Below are positions 38,441 to 50,240 of a stretch of DNA of 64,000 bases, one piece after another (positions within the stretch are counted from its first letter, which is position 1; each line of letters starts with the position of its first letter). Source of the DNA: Squalus acanthias (Eukaryota); the NCBI GenBank assembly GCA_030390025.1, contig CM059432.1:96598001-96662000 (forward strand), given 5' to 3'. The translations under genes were made by a program, and so were the position numbers. The notes under the pieces were generated by a model that had not been told where the DNA came from, searched no databases, and saw only the letters and a program-made list of their open reading frames with translations.

Positions 38441-41400
38441 CAGGTGCCAGGGTCAAGGATGTCACTGAACGGCTGCAGGGCATTCTGAAGAGGTAGGGTG
38501 AACAGTCAGAGGTCGTGGTTCACATTGGTACCAATGACATGGGTAGAAAGAGGGATGAGGTCCTGCAACAAGAATTTGGGGAGCTAGGGAGCAGATTAAA
38601 AAGCAGGACCTCAAAAGGTTGTAATCTCTGCTAGTGAGTATAGGAATAGGAAGATAGAGCAGATGAATGCGTGGCTAAAGAGTTGGTGCAGGAGGGAGGG
38701 CTTCAGTTTCCTGGATCACTGGGTCTGCTTCCGGGGAAGGTGGGACCTGTACAAGTCGGACGGGTTGCACCTGAACCAGAACGGGACCAACATCCTTGTG
38801 GGGAGGTTTGCTAGTACTGTTGGGGGGGGTTGAAACTAACTTGGCAGGGGGGATGGGATACGGAGTGGAGCTATAGTAGGGGGTGATGCACAGCCAAATA
38901 TAGAGGAAAAAACAAGTCAGCCTGGAAGGCAGAGCAAATATGTAACAGCACAAGGGAGTATGGCAAGGCTGGATGGCATTTATTTTAATGCAAGGAGTCT
39001 TGCGAGTAAGGCAGATGAATTGAAGGTGTTGATGAACACATGGGAGTATGATATTGTTGCTATCACAGAGACATGGTTGAGGGAGGGGCAGGACCAGCAG
39101 CTCAATATTCCGGGGTATAGAATCTTCAGGCGAGACAGAGTAGGGTATAAAAGAGGAGAGGGTGTCGCAATATTAATCAAGGAGTCAATTACTGCTGTAA
39201 GGAGGGATGATATCTTAGCAGGTTCCTCTAATGAGGCCATATGGGTAGAACTTAAAAACAAATAGGGGGCAAGCACTTTGCTGGGAGTGTACTATAGGCT
39301 CCCAAACAGTCAGAGGGAGATAGAGGAACAGATATGTAGGCAAAACTCAGAAGTGTAGAAATAATAGGGTAATAATAGTAGGGGATTTCAACTTCCCCAA
39401 TATTAACTGGGATAGTCAGAGTGTGAAAGGCTTAGAGGGTGCAGAATTCTTAAAGTGCATCCAGGAGAGCTTTTTGAGCCAGCATGTAGAAAGTCCAACA
39501 AGAGAGGGGGCGGTACTGGACCTAATTCTAGGGAATGTAGCTGGGCAAGTGGTAGAAGTGTCAGTAGGAGAGCATTTTGGTGACAGTGACAATAATTCGG
39601 TGAGATTTAAGGTAGTCATGGAAAATGACAAAGATGGACCGGAAATAAAGGTTCTAAATTGGGGGAAGGCCGATTTTAACATGATAAGGCAGGATCTGGC
39701 CAAAGTGGACTGGGATTAGCTACTTGTAGGAAAATCCACATCAGAGCAGTGGGAGTCTTTCAGAAAGGAAATAGAGAGAGTACAACGCCAACATGTTCCC
39801 GTAAAGGTCAAGGGTGGGACCAACAAACCCAGGGAACCCTGGATGTCAAGGGATATACAAGAATGAATTAGGAAAAAAAGGGAGGCTTTTGGCAGATACA
39901 AAGGGCTAAAAACAATGGAAGCCCTAGAGGAGTATAGAAAGTGCAGGGGGGTACTTAAAAAAGAAATTAGGAGAGCGAAGAGGGGGCATGAAAAAACACT
40001 GGCGGGCAAAATAAAGGAAAATCCCAAGGTGTTTTATAAGTATATTAAGGGCAAGAGGATAACCAGGGAAAGAGTAGGGTCCATTAGGGACCAAAGTGGC
40101 AATCTGTGTGTAGAGCCGGAAGATGTGGGAGAGGTTTTAAATGAATATTTTGCATCTGTGTTCACTATGGAGAAGGATGATTTAGGCATAGAAATCAGGC
40201 AGGGGGATTGTGATATACTTGAACAAATTAGTATTGAGAGGGAGGAGGTACTAGCAGTTTTAGCGGGCTTAAAAGTGGATAAATCCCCAGGCACTGACGG
40301 GATGTATCCCAGGCTGCTGTGTGAGGCAAGGGAGGAGATTGCAGGGGCTCTGACACAAATTTTCAGAACCTCTCTGGCCACAGGGGAGGTGCCAGAGGAC
40401 TGGAGAACAGCTAACGTAGTACCATTGTTCAAGAAGGGTAGTAGGGATAAACCAGGGAATTACAGGCTAGTGAGCCTAACATCAGTGGTAGGGAAATTAT
40501 TGGAAAAAATTCTGAGGGACAGAATTAGTCCCCACTTGGAGAGGCAAGGATTAGTCAAAGATAGACAGCATAGCTTCGTCAGGGGGAGATCATGTCTGAC
40601 CAATTGGATTGAATTTTTCGAGGGGGTGACTAGGTGTGTGGATGAGGGTAGTGCAGTTGATGTAGTCTACATGGACTTCAGTAAGGCTTTTAACAAAGTC
40701 CCACATGGGAGACTGGTCAAGAAGCTAAGAGCCCATGGAATCCAGGGCAATTTGGCACATTGGATCCAAAATTGGCTTAGTGGCAGGAAGCAGAGGGTGA
40801 TGTCGAAGGTTGTTTTTGTGACTGGAAGCCTGTGTCCAGTGGTGTACTGCAGGGATCGGTGCTGGGTCCTTTGCTGTTTGTAGTGTACATTAATGATTTA
40901 GATATGAATGTAGGAGGTATGATCAGTAAGTTCGCAGATGACACGAAAATTGGTGGAGTGGTAAATAGCGAGGAGGGAAGCCTCAGGCTACAGGACGATA
41001 TAGACGGGATGGTTAGATGGGCAGAACAGTGGCCAATGGAATTTAACCCTGAAAAGTGTGAGGTGATGCATTTTGGGAGGACTAACAAGGCAAGGGAATA
41101 CACAATGAATGGTAGGACCCTCGGAAGGACAGAGGATCAGAGGGACCTTGGTGTGCATGTGCATAGATCCCTGAAGGCAGCAAGACAGGTAGATAAGGTG
41201 GTTAAAAAGGCATATGGGATACTTGCCTTCATTAGCCGAGACTTAGAATACAAGAGCAGGGAGGTTATGATGGGTCTGTACAAAACGCTAGTTAGGCTAC
41301 AGCTGGAATACTGTGTGCAGTTCTGGTCGCCACACTATAGGAAGGATGTGATTGCATTGTAGAGGGTGCAGAGGAGATTCGCCAGGATGTTACCTGGGCT

Positions 41401-41842
41401 GGAGTGTTTCAGGTATGAAGAGAGACTGGACAGGCTGGGGTTGTTTTCCTTAGAGCAGAGAAGGCTGAGGGGGGAACGGATTGAGGTGTACAAAATTATG
41501 AGGGGCATAGATAGGGTAGATAGAAAGGAACTTTTCCCCTTAGTAGAGGAGTCAATAACCAGGGGCCATAGTTTCAAGGTAAGGGGCAGGAGGTTTAGAG
41601 GGGATTTGAGGAAAAACTTTTTGACCCAGAGGGTGGTTGGAATCTGGAACTCACTGCCTGAAAGGGTGGTCGAGGCAGGAACCCTCACAACATTCAAGAA
41701 GCATTTAGATGAGCACTTGAAACGCCATAGCATGCAAGGCTACGGACCAAGTGCTGGAAAATGGGATTAGAATAGACAGGGCTTGATGGCTGGCGCGGAC
41801 ACGATGGGCCGATGGGCCTCTTTCTGTGCTGTATAACTCTAT
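38440..41842 (+). mobile_element. Long CR1 copy (partial esterase ORF1, disrupted ORF2, 3' tail)
   Basis: HIGTND and GLHLN remnants; ORFs from 38960 to 41770 with APE and RT (KFADD); tail actctat. Confidence 0.95.
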
Positions 41843-42530
41843 GGGCTGGATTTTCATTGACCCGTGGAGGAGGGTTTGGAGGTGTGTGGGGGATTAAAAT
41901 TGCGAAAACTGGTGGGCAGGCACAAGTCCGCCTCCATCCTGCCTCCACGCAATTTTCATTAAATCGTGTCTGCTGGTCCCGACTCCATCCCGCCTCTAAG
42001 AGGCGGGATAGGCTGTTAAGGCCCTTAACAAACACTAAATTGCCTCTATAATGCCATTTTGAAAGGCCTTTGTGATTTTAACCCTTATTCTACGTGAAGC
42101 ACGCCTGTTCTGAACCACGACTGTGAAACCTGGCGGGAGCACATTTGGATATGGATAGTTGACGCTGGCTGGCTGTGGGGATGGATGTATAGATGGATGG
42201 ATGGAGAGGAGACATATCTGGGAGTGGTGGTGGTGTAAAAATATCTGGGAGCAGACTCAGGGCTGCTGCTGCTCATTTTGCATCCCAGGTCCTCTCACAG
42301 CAAAGGCCAGGCAGTCTCTGAAGACCTTCAATGCAGCAGCAATGATGACATCTTCAGAGGCGACTTTCAGACTGAAAACACTAATTGGTTCATGGGTTCC
42401 CACATGCTGGAACTTAATTGCCCAATTAGGTGAAAATTGCATCAATCTCCCACATCCAATTGCAGTCGGGTGGATAACACGAAAAGTGGATGACACGACC
42501 CCAACCCAGCCCAGTATCAAAATCCAGCCC
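41843..42530. mobile_element. 688-bp Harbinger-type MITE
   Basis: Perfect 12-bp TIR GGGCTGGATTTT / AAAATCCAGCCC with a TAT duplication. Confidence 0.9.
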
Positions 42531-42902
42531 TATGACTCTATGGGGGAAAAATTAGGTCGCGCCCCGTTTGGGGTGCAAATATGATCTGGACGCAAATATT
42601 AGCGCCTGGCTCTAATTATCGCCACTGACTGGAAACTTCACTTTTACCGCCCCGGGAGGTGAGTGGAGCGCTAAATCAGGCGCTGCACACCTGTCTTAAG
42701 GCACAAAGGCCGAGCAGTGAGGCGCTAACTCAGCGCGCGAGCGCAGCGCAGGTGCTGCCAGTTAGCGAGGGAACACAGACACACTGGCGCCGGCCAGTTC
42801 TTAAAGCGGGGGGGGGGCCAACTTGCTCCCCAGCCACACCCTGCTCATTGCAGCCTTGAATCTCGGCCTGGAGAGACCTGTGAATCCATTTTGCTGCCAA
42901 GG

Positions 42903-44723
42903 ATGGAGAGGGTGAGAGAACGAGCTCAGCGCTTCACCGAGCGGGCCTTGGATGCTCTGGTTGGTGCGGTGGAGCGCAGAAGATGTATACTCTTCCCTGA
43001 GAGTGGCAGGAGGCCTTTGCCACGCGAGTACAGAAGAGTGTGGAGGGAGGGGGCTCAGAGCGTCTCCTCCAGGAACATGGTGCCCAGGACCCATGTTCAA
43101 TGCCGCAAAAAGTTCAACGACCTCACTCGGGTCGTCAGGGTGAGTGGCTTTTTCTCAATACCTCTCCATCCCTCCATCTCAACCTCACTCTATGGCCAGA
43201 GGGTCTTAAAACCCCAATGCACAACACTCATCCAACACCTATGGCTCTTTCATGAAACACACACACACATTCCACACTTTGCATACAGTAAGGGCTATTC
43301 ACCTATGGGAGGCACATCAGGCAAGACCATGGCTGCATACAGTAAGGGCTATTCACCTATGGGAGGCACATCAGGCAAGACCATGGCTGTATATTTACTC
43401 AGATGCTGTCCTTTTTCTTGCAGGCCAAGCTGGCGCATAATCGGAGACAGCAGCAACGGACAGGTGGAGGGCGGCCTCAGCTGCAACCCCTCAGCGATCT
43501 TGAGGAGCGCGTCCACAGGATTGTGGCAAGCCGGGTGATCGGTCCCGTCGCCACTGGAGACGCTGACCCCGTTCTGGACAGCAATGGTAAGGTCATCACC
43601 TTTTTGTCCTTTGTCCTTCCACTTGTCCCTCACAACACCAGCCTTTGACACTTTCAATCCAACTTGCTAACTCGCTGCACTTATTCCTCCCTTACTGCCA
43701 CCCTGTCCTCACGCTAAAGCCACTCTTGTACCTCCCTGCTTTCAGACGGTGATTCACCAGCTGAGGAGACGGGCCCTGAAGCTGCCAGTGGGAGTGAAGC
43801 TGCAGCCGAGGAGGAAGAGGAAGCCGGAGCATCAGTGCCACCCTCTCCCGAGGAAGCCCATGCCCACACTGGGAACACGCCTTCCCTGGAGGGGAGCAGG
43901 GGGGAAGGGTCTGATGAGGGTGAAGCTCCAGGACCCAGCGGGCTGCAGCAACGCCATGGGGGGTAGGGAAGAACGGGGGCCTTCTCCCCAGAGGGAGAGT
44001 AGGCCAGAGACTCCTACTGCAATGGACGCAGAGGAGGAGCGGCTGATCGCAGAAATGAACACCCAGGCGGTGGGCATGCACACTGAGCTCATGGGTGCAG
44101 TGGGAAGGGTGCCCGAATGCATTGAGTCACTGGCAAGGAGTGTGGAGCACTTCGCTGTAGCACAGGCGGATGCCACACTAAAGCTTAGTGCTGCAATTCA
44201 GTCACTGACTGCCGTGATCCCATCTCTGACTGCTCTCATGCAGACTCAGATTGAGGCCACGCGAGCACTGACTGCTGCCAACCTCGATGGTTCGTTCACA
44301 TGTCCCCGGGGCTCTCACTGCGCCGCAGCAGGCCAGCAATCTGTGCTCCAGCAGATTGCTCCGGATGCTGAAGTGCTGCCCCGTGGGAGTGCCAGTGTGT
44401 CGGGCGAGCAGGGAGTTGCTGTCCTCTCTCACGATGACAGCATTCCTGCTGCCAACACTGTCACTTCTCCACTGCACTTGCCACCGCCTGTAGGACAGAC
44501 TGCTGCCGCCCATGCAGAGTTGGTGCAGTCTGCAGCCGGGCCCTCCAGGCCCAGAACTGGTCGAGGCCGTCCTTCAGGGGCATCTGCAGTGTCAGGGTCT
44601 GACGATCAGCAGCCTTCCACCAGCCTTGCTGCAGCTACTGAGGTCCCATTACGGAGGAGCAGTAGGGTTAGAAGGGGGGAAGTGCGCAAGGGAAGGAGAT
44701 CACCCTCGAAGGGCAAAAAGTAG
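42903..44723 (+). CDS. Harbinger Myb/SANT-like DNA-binding protein, three exons (42903-43139, 43424-43586, 43746-44723), with one +1 frameshift near 43960
   Basis: RFTERALDALV...VWRE...QCRKKFNDL; GT-AG introns with matching phases 0 and 1; basic C-terminus. A G6 run breaks the frame. Confidence 0.82.
43281..43388. repeat. Exact 54-bp tandem duplication in intron 1 of the Myb gene
   Basis: gcatacagtaagggctattc...ccatggct occurs at 43281 and 43335. Confidence 0.92.
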
Positions 44724-44967
44724 GAGGTGTGACAAAATGCTGGTCATTTTTTTATTAAAGGCCGAGGTTCGTGGTCCAACTTTTGTCTAGTGTTTTGGAC
44801 ATTATCTCCAGGTTGTGAGAACCAGTTATGTTAATGACTGTTTTTTTGTGTTTATTTCTATGAGTTTGTCATGAGGAAATGACACACACAGAGTTTGTAA
44901 AATAAATAAGTTTTTGTATTCAAAATATACATGTTTGGTGTTTGGAATCATTGGTGCCTTGGCCGGC

Positions 44968-46125
44968 TTAGGGGTTGCGTGCTGGGTTCATTGATGTTGT
45001 TAGCAATGGCAGAAGCCATTTCCACAGCAGGGGCCCAAGAAGCGGCTTTGCTATCAGCCGTTGATGGGCGGCCCTTGCAGTTTCACCATTGTGGGCCGCC
45101 CTCCCGCCTTGGTGCTGCTTATGATCATCCTCCTCGTCCTCTTCCTCCTCTTCCTCCTCCTCCTCTGGTGGTGCTCCAAGGCCTGGTGGCATTGGCTGGG
45201 TCCTGACGATTGCCATGTTATGCAACATGCAGCACACAACTACGAAGTTGGATACTCGCTCAGGCGAGTACTGCAGGGCTCCTCCAGAATGGTCGAGACA
45301 GCGGAACCGTTGCTTCAGCACGCCGATTGTACGCTCAATGATGTTCCTGGTAGCTTGATGGCTCTCGTTGTACCGCAGCTCAGCAGGGGTGTTGGGCGTA
45401 TGGAGCGGTGTCATCAGCCAGGTGCTCAATGGATACCCCTTGTCCCCGAGAAGCCAACCAACTGGCTGATGCGGTGCCTCGAAAAGTTCTGCCACAGTAG
45501 TCTGGCGCAGGATGAAAGCATCGTTGCAGCTGCCAGGATAGTGGGCATTGACAGCGAGTATCAGCTGTCTGTGGTCACAGACCAACTGAACATTCAAGGA
45601 ATGGAATCCCTTTCTGTTCCGGAATTCCTCGGCATTCTCATGTGGAGCACGCAAAGCCACATGCGTGCAGTCAATGGCGCCCTGCACCAAGGGGAAGCCC
45701 GCTATCCTCGCAAAGCCCAGAGTGCGGTCACGCTGCTTGTCTGGGGTCATGGGGAAAGAGATGAACTCTCGTCTCCTTTTAAAGAGGGCATTTGTGACCT
45801 GCCGGATGCAGCAATGCACCGCGAACTGGGAGATATTGGCGAGGTCCCCAGCAGCAGCTTGAAATGAGCCAGTAGCATAGAAGTTGAGAGCCACTGTGAC
45901 CTTCACTGCCACCGACAGAGACGTCCTGGACCTCAGTTGAGACTGCAGATCTGGCTGCAGCAGGTGGCAGAGCTCAGTGACCACCTCCTTGCTGAATCGC
46001 AGCCTTCGCAAACACAGCTCCTCAGACATATGAATGTAGGAGAGCTGTTCACGATATACCCTGGGAGGGTAAGCTCTCCTGTACATACGCCTGTTGGCCC
46101 TCCTCCGTCTGGCCATCATTGCCAC
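44968..46125 (-). CDS. Harbinger (HARBI1-like) DDE transposase
   Basis: GAIDCTHV, NRKGFHSLNVQLVCD, LLGDKGY, IERTIGVLKQRFRCL and CCMLHN, with an acidic tail. The extreme N- and C-termini may be frameshifted. Confidence 0.93.
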   Translation of the reverse strand: MAMMARRRRANRRMYRRAYPPRVYREQLSYIHMSEELCLRRLRFSKEVVTELCHLLQPDLQSQLRSRTSLSVAVKVTVALNFYATGSFQAAAGDLANISQFAVHCCIRQVTNALFKRRREFISFPMTPDKQRDRTLGFARIAGFPLVQGAIDCTHVALRAPHENAEEFRNRKGFHSLNVQLVCDHRQLILAVNAHYPGSCNDAFILRQTTVAELFEAPHQPVGWLLGDKGYPLSTWLMTPLHTPNTPAELRYNESHQATRNIIERTIGVLKQRFRCLDHSGGALQYSPERVSNFVVVCCMLHNMAIVRTQPMPPGLGAPPEEEEEEEEEDEEDDHKQHQGGRAAHNGETARAAHQRLIAKPLLGPLLWKWLLPLLTTSMNPARNP

Positions 46126-46803
46126 TCTCTCTCTGCATCTCTGCGTCCTCCGATTCAGCTAGAGAAGGACGACGCCCCCAATCAGTGCAGCCCCATAGTC
46201 TCTTTGCAAGCAAAGTTATGAAGGACAGCAACCAAAGTACCAGCGAAGTTAGGATCAGTAGGCAAAACTACCTCACACAGCGTTGACTCAATGCAGAAGT
46301 CTCTCTTTCTCTCTCTCCGAATCTCTCTCTCTCTCTCAGAACGAGTGGTGCAAAAATGTCAACCACAGAAAAAGACAGGAAGAGGCCCCCTTTAAATAGC
46401 ACCCCCCCCCAGCCCCACAGTGATTGATAGCGTTCCAGTCTTCCGGTCGTTGGATGCGCCAGGCGGTAAGGCAGGGGGCGCCACTCAATTTCCGCTCCGG
46501 GGCACCACAAGGGCGTTGCACCATGGAATGACGTCACAATCTGCGCGCGCAGGTGGTCGCAGCGGTAAAGTTTAGCGCCGCCACACAATGTCTAGTTAAG
46601 TTCCCGAGCGGCGCAAACATCGCTGCGCCCGGGCGCTAGCGGCTTTGCGCCCCATTAGCGCCCTCTTAAGGCGCTAACGGGAGGCGCAACCAACTGAATT
46701 TTTACCCCCATGACTCTTAATCCACCATAGAAACTAAGGAAATAACAACAGAAAACGCTGGAAAAACTCAGCAGGCCAGGCAGCATCCTTGGAGAGAGAA
46801 AGA

Positions 46804-46842
46804 GAGTTAACGTTTCAGGTCGATGACCTTTCGTCAGAACTG
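46804..46842 (-). ncRNA. Minimal hammerhead ribozyme
   Basis: Minus strand reads AGTT-CTGACGA-AAGGTC-atc-GACCT-GAAA-CGTT-AACT, with an intact core. Confidence 0.8.
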
Positions 46843-47121
46843 TGAAGAGCCGGAAATCAAATAGATTTAAGGCCAGAGTAAAGCTGGGAAAAGGGGGAGG
46901 GGATAAAAGAACAAAGGGGGAGATGAAGAGACATTAAGAGACATTAAGAGATATGCAAGGCTAGAGGTGGTGTTAATGTGACAGATTAAGGCTGAAAGAA
47001 GCGTGAAATCCACTGGCAGAATGAAGGACAGCTGCCAGCTTCTAGGAGGAAAAAAAAAGGTGGGGTGGGGGGCAAATAAAAGGGTGGAAAAAATAAAATA
47101 TAAATGTGATTGGAGCTGAGG

Positions 47122-48486
47122 TTATGATCTAAAATTGTTGAACTCGATATTGAGTCCAGAGGGCTGTAGCGTGCCTAAACGAAAGATGAGGTGCTGTTCC
47201 TCGAGCTTACGCTGCGCTTCCGTGGAACAGTGTAATAGGCCGAGGACGGTGAGGTCAGAGTGGGAGTGAAGCGGTGAATTAAAGTGACAGGCCACCGGGA
47301 GCTCGGGGTCCCCCTTACGGACTGAACGGAGGTGTTCCGCAAAGCGGTCACCCAATCTGCGTTTGGTCTCCCCAATGTAGAGGAGACCACATCGTGAGCA
47401 GCGAATACAGTATACTAAATTGCAGGAAGTACAAGTAAATCGCTGTTTCACCTGGAAGGGGTGTTTGGGGCCCTGGACAGTGGGAAGAGGGGAGGTGTAA
47501 GGGCATGTGTTGCATCTCCTGCGCGTGCACGGGAAGGTGCCGGGCGAAGGGGAAGGGGTGCTGGGGGTGGTAGAGGAGTGGACTAGGGTGTCGCGGAGGG
47601 AGCGGTCCCTGCGGAATGCTGAAAGGGGAGGTGAGGGGAAGATGTGTTTGGTGGTGGGATCACGCTGGAGGTGGCGGAAATGGCGGAGGATGATCCGTTG
47701 AATGTGGAGGCTGGTGGGGTGAAAGGTGAGGACAAGGGGAACCCTATCGTGGTTCCGGGAGGGAGGGGCAGGGGTGAGGGCAGAAGTGCGGGAGATAGAA
47801 CAGACACGGTCGAGGGCCGTGTCAACCACGGTAGAGGGGAATCCTCGGTTGAGGAAAAAGGAAGACATGTCGGAAGCACTGGTATGGAAGGTGGCATCAT
47901 CAGAGCAGATGCGGCGGAGACGGAGAAACTGGGAGAATGGAATAGAGTCCTTACAGGAGGCGGGGTGGGAGGAAGTGTAGTCCAGGTAGCTGTGGGAGTC
48001 AGTGGGCTTGTAGTGAATGTTAGTCAATAACCTATCCCCAGAGATGGAGATGGAGAAGTCGAGGAAGGGAAGGGAAGAGTCGGAGATGGACCATGTGAAG
48101 GTGAGGGAAGGGTGGAAATTGGAAGCATAGTGAATGAAATGTTCTAGTTCAGGGCGAGAGCAGGAGACGGCACCGATACAGTCATCAATGTACCGGAAAA
48201 AGAGGTGAGGGAGGGGACCCGAGTAGGACTGGAACAAAGAGTGTTCCACATATCCCATGAAAAGGCAGGCATAGCTAGGACCCATGCGGGTACCCATAGC
48301 AACACCTTTGATTTGGAGGAAATGGGTAGAGTCAAAGGAGAAGTTGTTCAATGTGAGAACAAGTTCAGCCAGGCGGAGGAGGGTGGTGGTGGATGGGGAC
48401 TGGTTGGGCCTCTGTTCAAGGAAGAAGTGGAGCGCCCTTAGGCCATCCTGGTGGGGAATGGAGGTGTAGAGGGATTGTACGTCCAT
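47122..48486 (-). CDS. Penelope-like RT (N-truncated) + Cys linker + GIY-YIG endonuclease
   Basis: MDVQSLYTSIP, GVAMGTRMGP, RYIDD, CxxxxCxxC and LVYCIRCSRCGLLYIGETKR, uninterrupted over 454 aa. Confidence 0.93.
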   Translation of the reverse strand: MDVQSLYTSIPHQDGLRALHFFLEQRPNQSPSTTTLLRLAELVLTLNNFSFDSTHFLQIKGVAMGTRMGPSYACLFMGYVEHSLFQSYSGPLPHLFFRYIDDCIGAVSCSRPELEHFIHYASNFHPSLTFTWSISDSSLPFLDFSISISGDRLLTNIHYKPTDSHSYLDYTSSHPASCKDSIPFSQFLRLRRICSDDATFHTSASDMSSFFLNRGFPSTVVDTALDRVCSISRTSALTPAPPSRNHDRVPLVLTFHPTSLHIQRIILRHFRHLQRDPTTKHIFPSPPLSAFRRDRSLRDTLVHSSTTPSTPSPSPGTFPCTRRRCNTCPYTSPLPTVQGPKHPFQVKQRFTCTSCNLVYCIRCSRCGLLYIGETKRRLGDRFAEHLRSVRKGDPELPVACHFNSPLHSHSDLTVLGLLHCSTEAQRKLEEQHLIFRLGTLQPSGLNIEFNNFRS

Positions 48487-48619
48487 AGTGAAGAGGAGAC
48501 GGTTGGGGCCGGGAAACTGGAAACTGTTAAAATGGCGGAAACTAAGGAGGCAGGCAACAAAAAATTAACTTTAGCGATCAAGATTGCTGGTTAATACTCT
48601 GGAGAAATCTTTACATAAA

Positions 48620-50240
48620 ACAACAACTAGCATTTATAATAGAGCTTTTATTGTAGAAAAACGTCCCAAATTATTTCAGAGGCATAAGTAAACAACGGAT
48701 GCAGAGACGGAGCTATTAGGATGGGTGTCTAAAACCTTGTCAAAGAGGTAGATTTTAAGGAGAGTCTTAAAGGAGGAGGGAGAGGTGGAGAGGCAGAGAG
48801 GCTTACAGATGGATTTTCAGAGCATGGCGAGTAGCTGACTGAAGCCAAAGCCAACAATGGTAAGGCTAAGTGGGAGATGCATAATGGCCCAGAGTCAGAG
48901 GAATGGAGAATTCAAGAGCGGGTGGTTGGGGTGGGAACTTGTAAGGATGTAGATTGGAGAGGCAGAACTATAGAGCGATTTAAACTCAAGGAGGAGAATT
49001 TAAAATTTATGGGGACCATGAGCCAATGTTGAGAACAAGAGGGATGGGGGGAGGGACATTGTGCACGATAGGATATGAGCAACTGTGCTTTGGATGAGCT
49101 GAAGTTCATGGAAGGTGGAGGATCGGAGATCGTTGGATTAGTCAAGTCTGAAGATGACAAAGACATGCATGAGGGCTTCAGCGGAAAACAGGTTGAGTTA
49201 GGGGCAGAGGTGGGTGTTGTTATGGAGGTGGAAGTAGGAAGTCTTGGTGATGTCTGTGGATGATGTTGCTCTGCCTTAAGATAGGTAAGAATGGAACCAA
49301 GTGAGGGCATTCCTACCAAGCTGCATAATAGAGGAAAGGTGTTGGATGAGGATGATATGTTCGACTGTGTAAAAGGCTGCATAGAGGTCAAGCAGGATAA
49401 TGGAGGAGGGATAATGCATCATAATCACAGTCATAGAAAACATCTTCCATGTCTTTGATTAGGGTGGTTTTGGTGTGACGGGGAGGGATAGAAACATGAC
49501 TGGAGGAATTCAAACAGAGTTTCAGGGAAGATGGGTATGGATCTGGGAGGTGACAATATGTTCAAGGACTTCGGAGAGGAAAGAGAGGCTAAAGAAAGGC
49601 AAATACTCAGGGGTCAAGGGCAACGTCCCCTTTAAGCTGTGTGGCCGTTCAGCACTCTGCAGCTCTCTTGCAGCCGGCTCATTGGCTTTTAAATAGGAAA
49701 AACCGTGCATGCGCAGTATTTTGAATGGGCTGTGCAGCTCCTTAAAGGGGCCACGTACCCAAAAAATAATTGATGGGAACATTGGTCAAGGGTGTTTTTT
49801 TAAGAATAAGGTGATAACAGCAGTTTTGATAGGAAGGGAGGCAATTGCTAAGGAGAGGGAACCAATGTTAGCTACCATAGAGGCCAGGAAGGGAAATTGA
49901 GTGGTCAGCAGTTTAGTGGGAATGGAATCAAGAGGACAGGAGGGTCTCGTGAATGAGATGAGCTTGGAGAGGATGTAGGAGGTGGAGGTGAGAGGGAAGC
50001 TAAAGAGACACTTTGTTCAAGGATAGGGTCGAGGGAATCTTAGGGAGTGGTTTGACTTGGTGGGCAAGGGGAAAGAGGAGAAGCAGCAGAGGCAGCTGAA
50101 TGGATGGTCTCAATCTAGGTGACAAAGAAATCCATGAGCTCCTCGCACTTGATGGTGGAGGTGAGGATGGAGGGGCATGGGGAGGTGGGTTTGCGGAGAC
50201 GGTTGGTAGTGGAGAAAAGAAGCCCTCAAGGACGATTCCC
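48620..50240 (-). mobile_element. Decayed L2-like LINE fragment
   Basis: Purine-rich on +, degenerate RT-like segments on -, and an acaactagcatttata 3' end resembling the SINE tails. Confidence 0.65.
49621..49784. mobile_element. 164-bp hAT-type MITE
   Basis: TIRs CAACGTCCCC / GGGAACATTG and a perfect 8-bp TSD gtcaaggg. Confidence 0.85.

Larger units (their letters stand above)
42542..46708. mobile_element. Near-complete PIF/Harbinger DNA transposon with two convergent genes
   Basis: TIRs GGGGGAAAAATT / AATTTTTACCCC and flanks TAT / CAT, enclosing a Myb/SANT gene on + and a DDE transposase on -. Confidence 0.95.
46741..48537 (-). mobile_element. 5'-truncated Penelope-like retroelement
   Basis: 11-bp TSD gaaactaagga at 46730-46740 and 48538-48548, an RT+GIY-YIG ORF and a hammerhead-containing 3' region. 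Confidence 0.95.

Noticed and set aside
45061..45867. 268-aa + strand ORF with a hydrophobic stretch
   Set aside because: It is the antisense shadow of the transposase; the Leu/Phe run is the complement of the poly-Glu codons.
44968..46125. Domesticated host HARBI1 gene
   Set aside because: It lies between TIRs with a TSD and a partner Myb gene, so it is a transposon copy.
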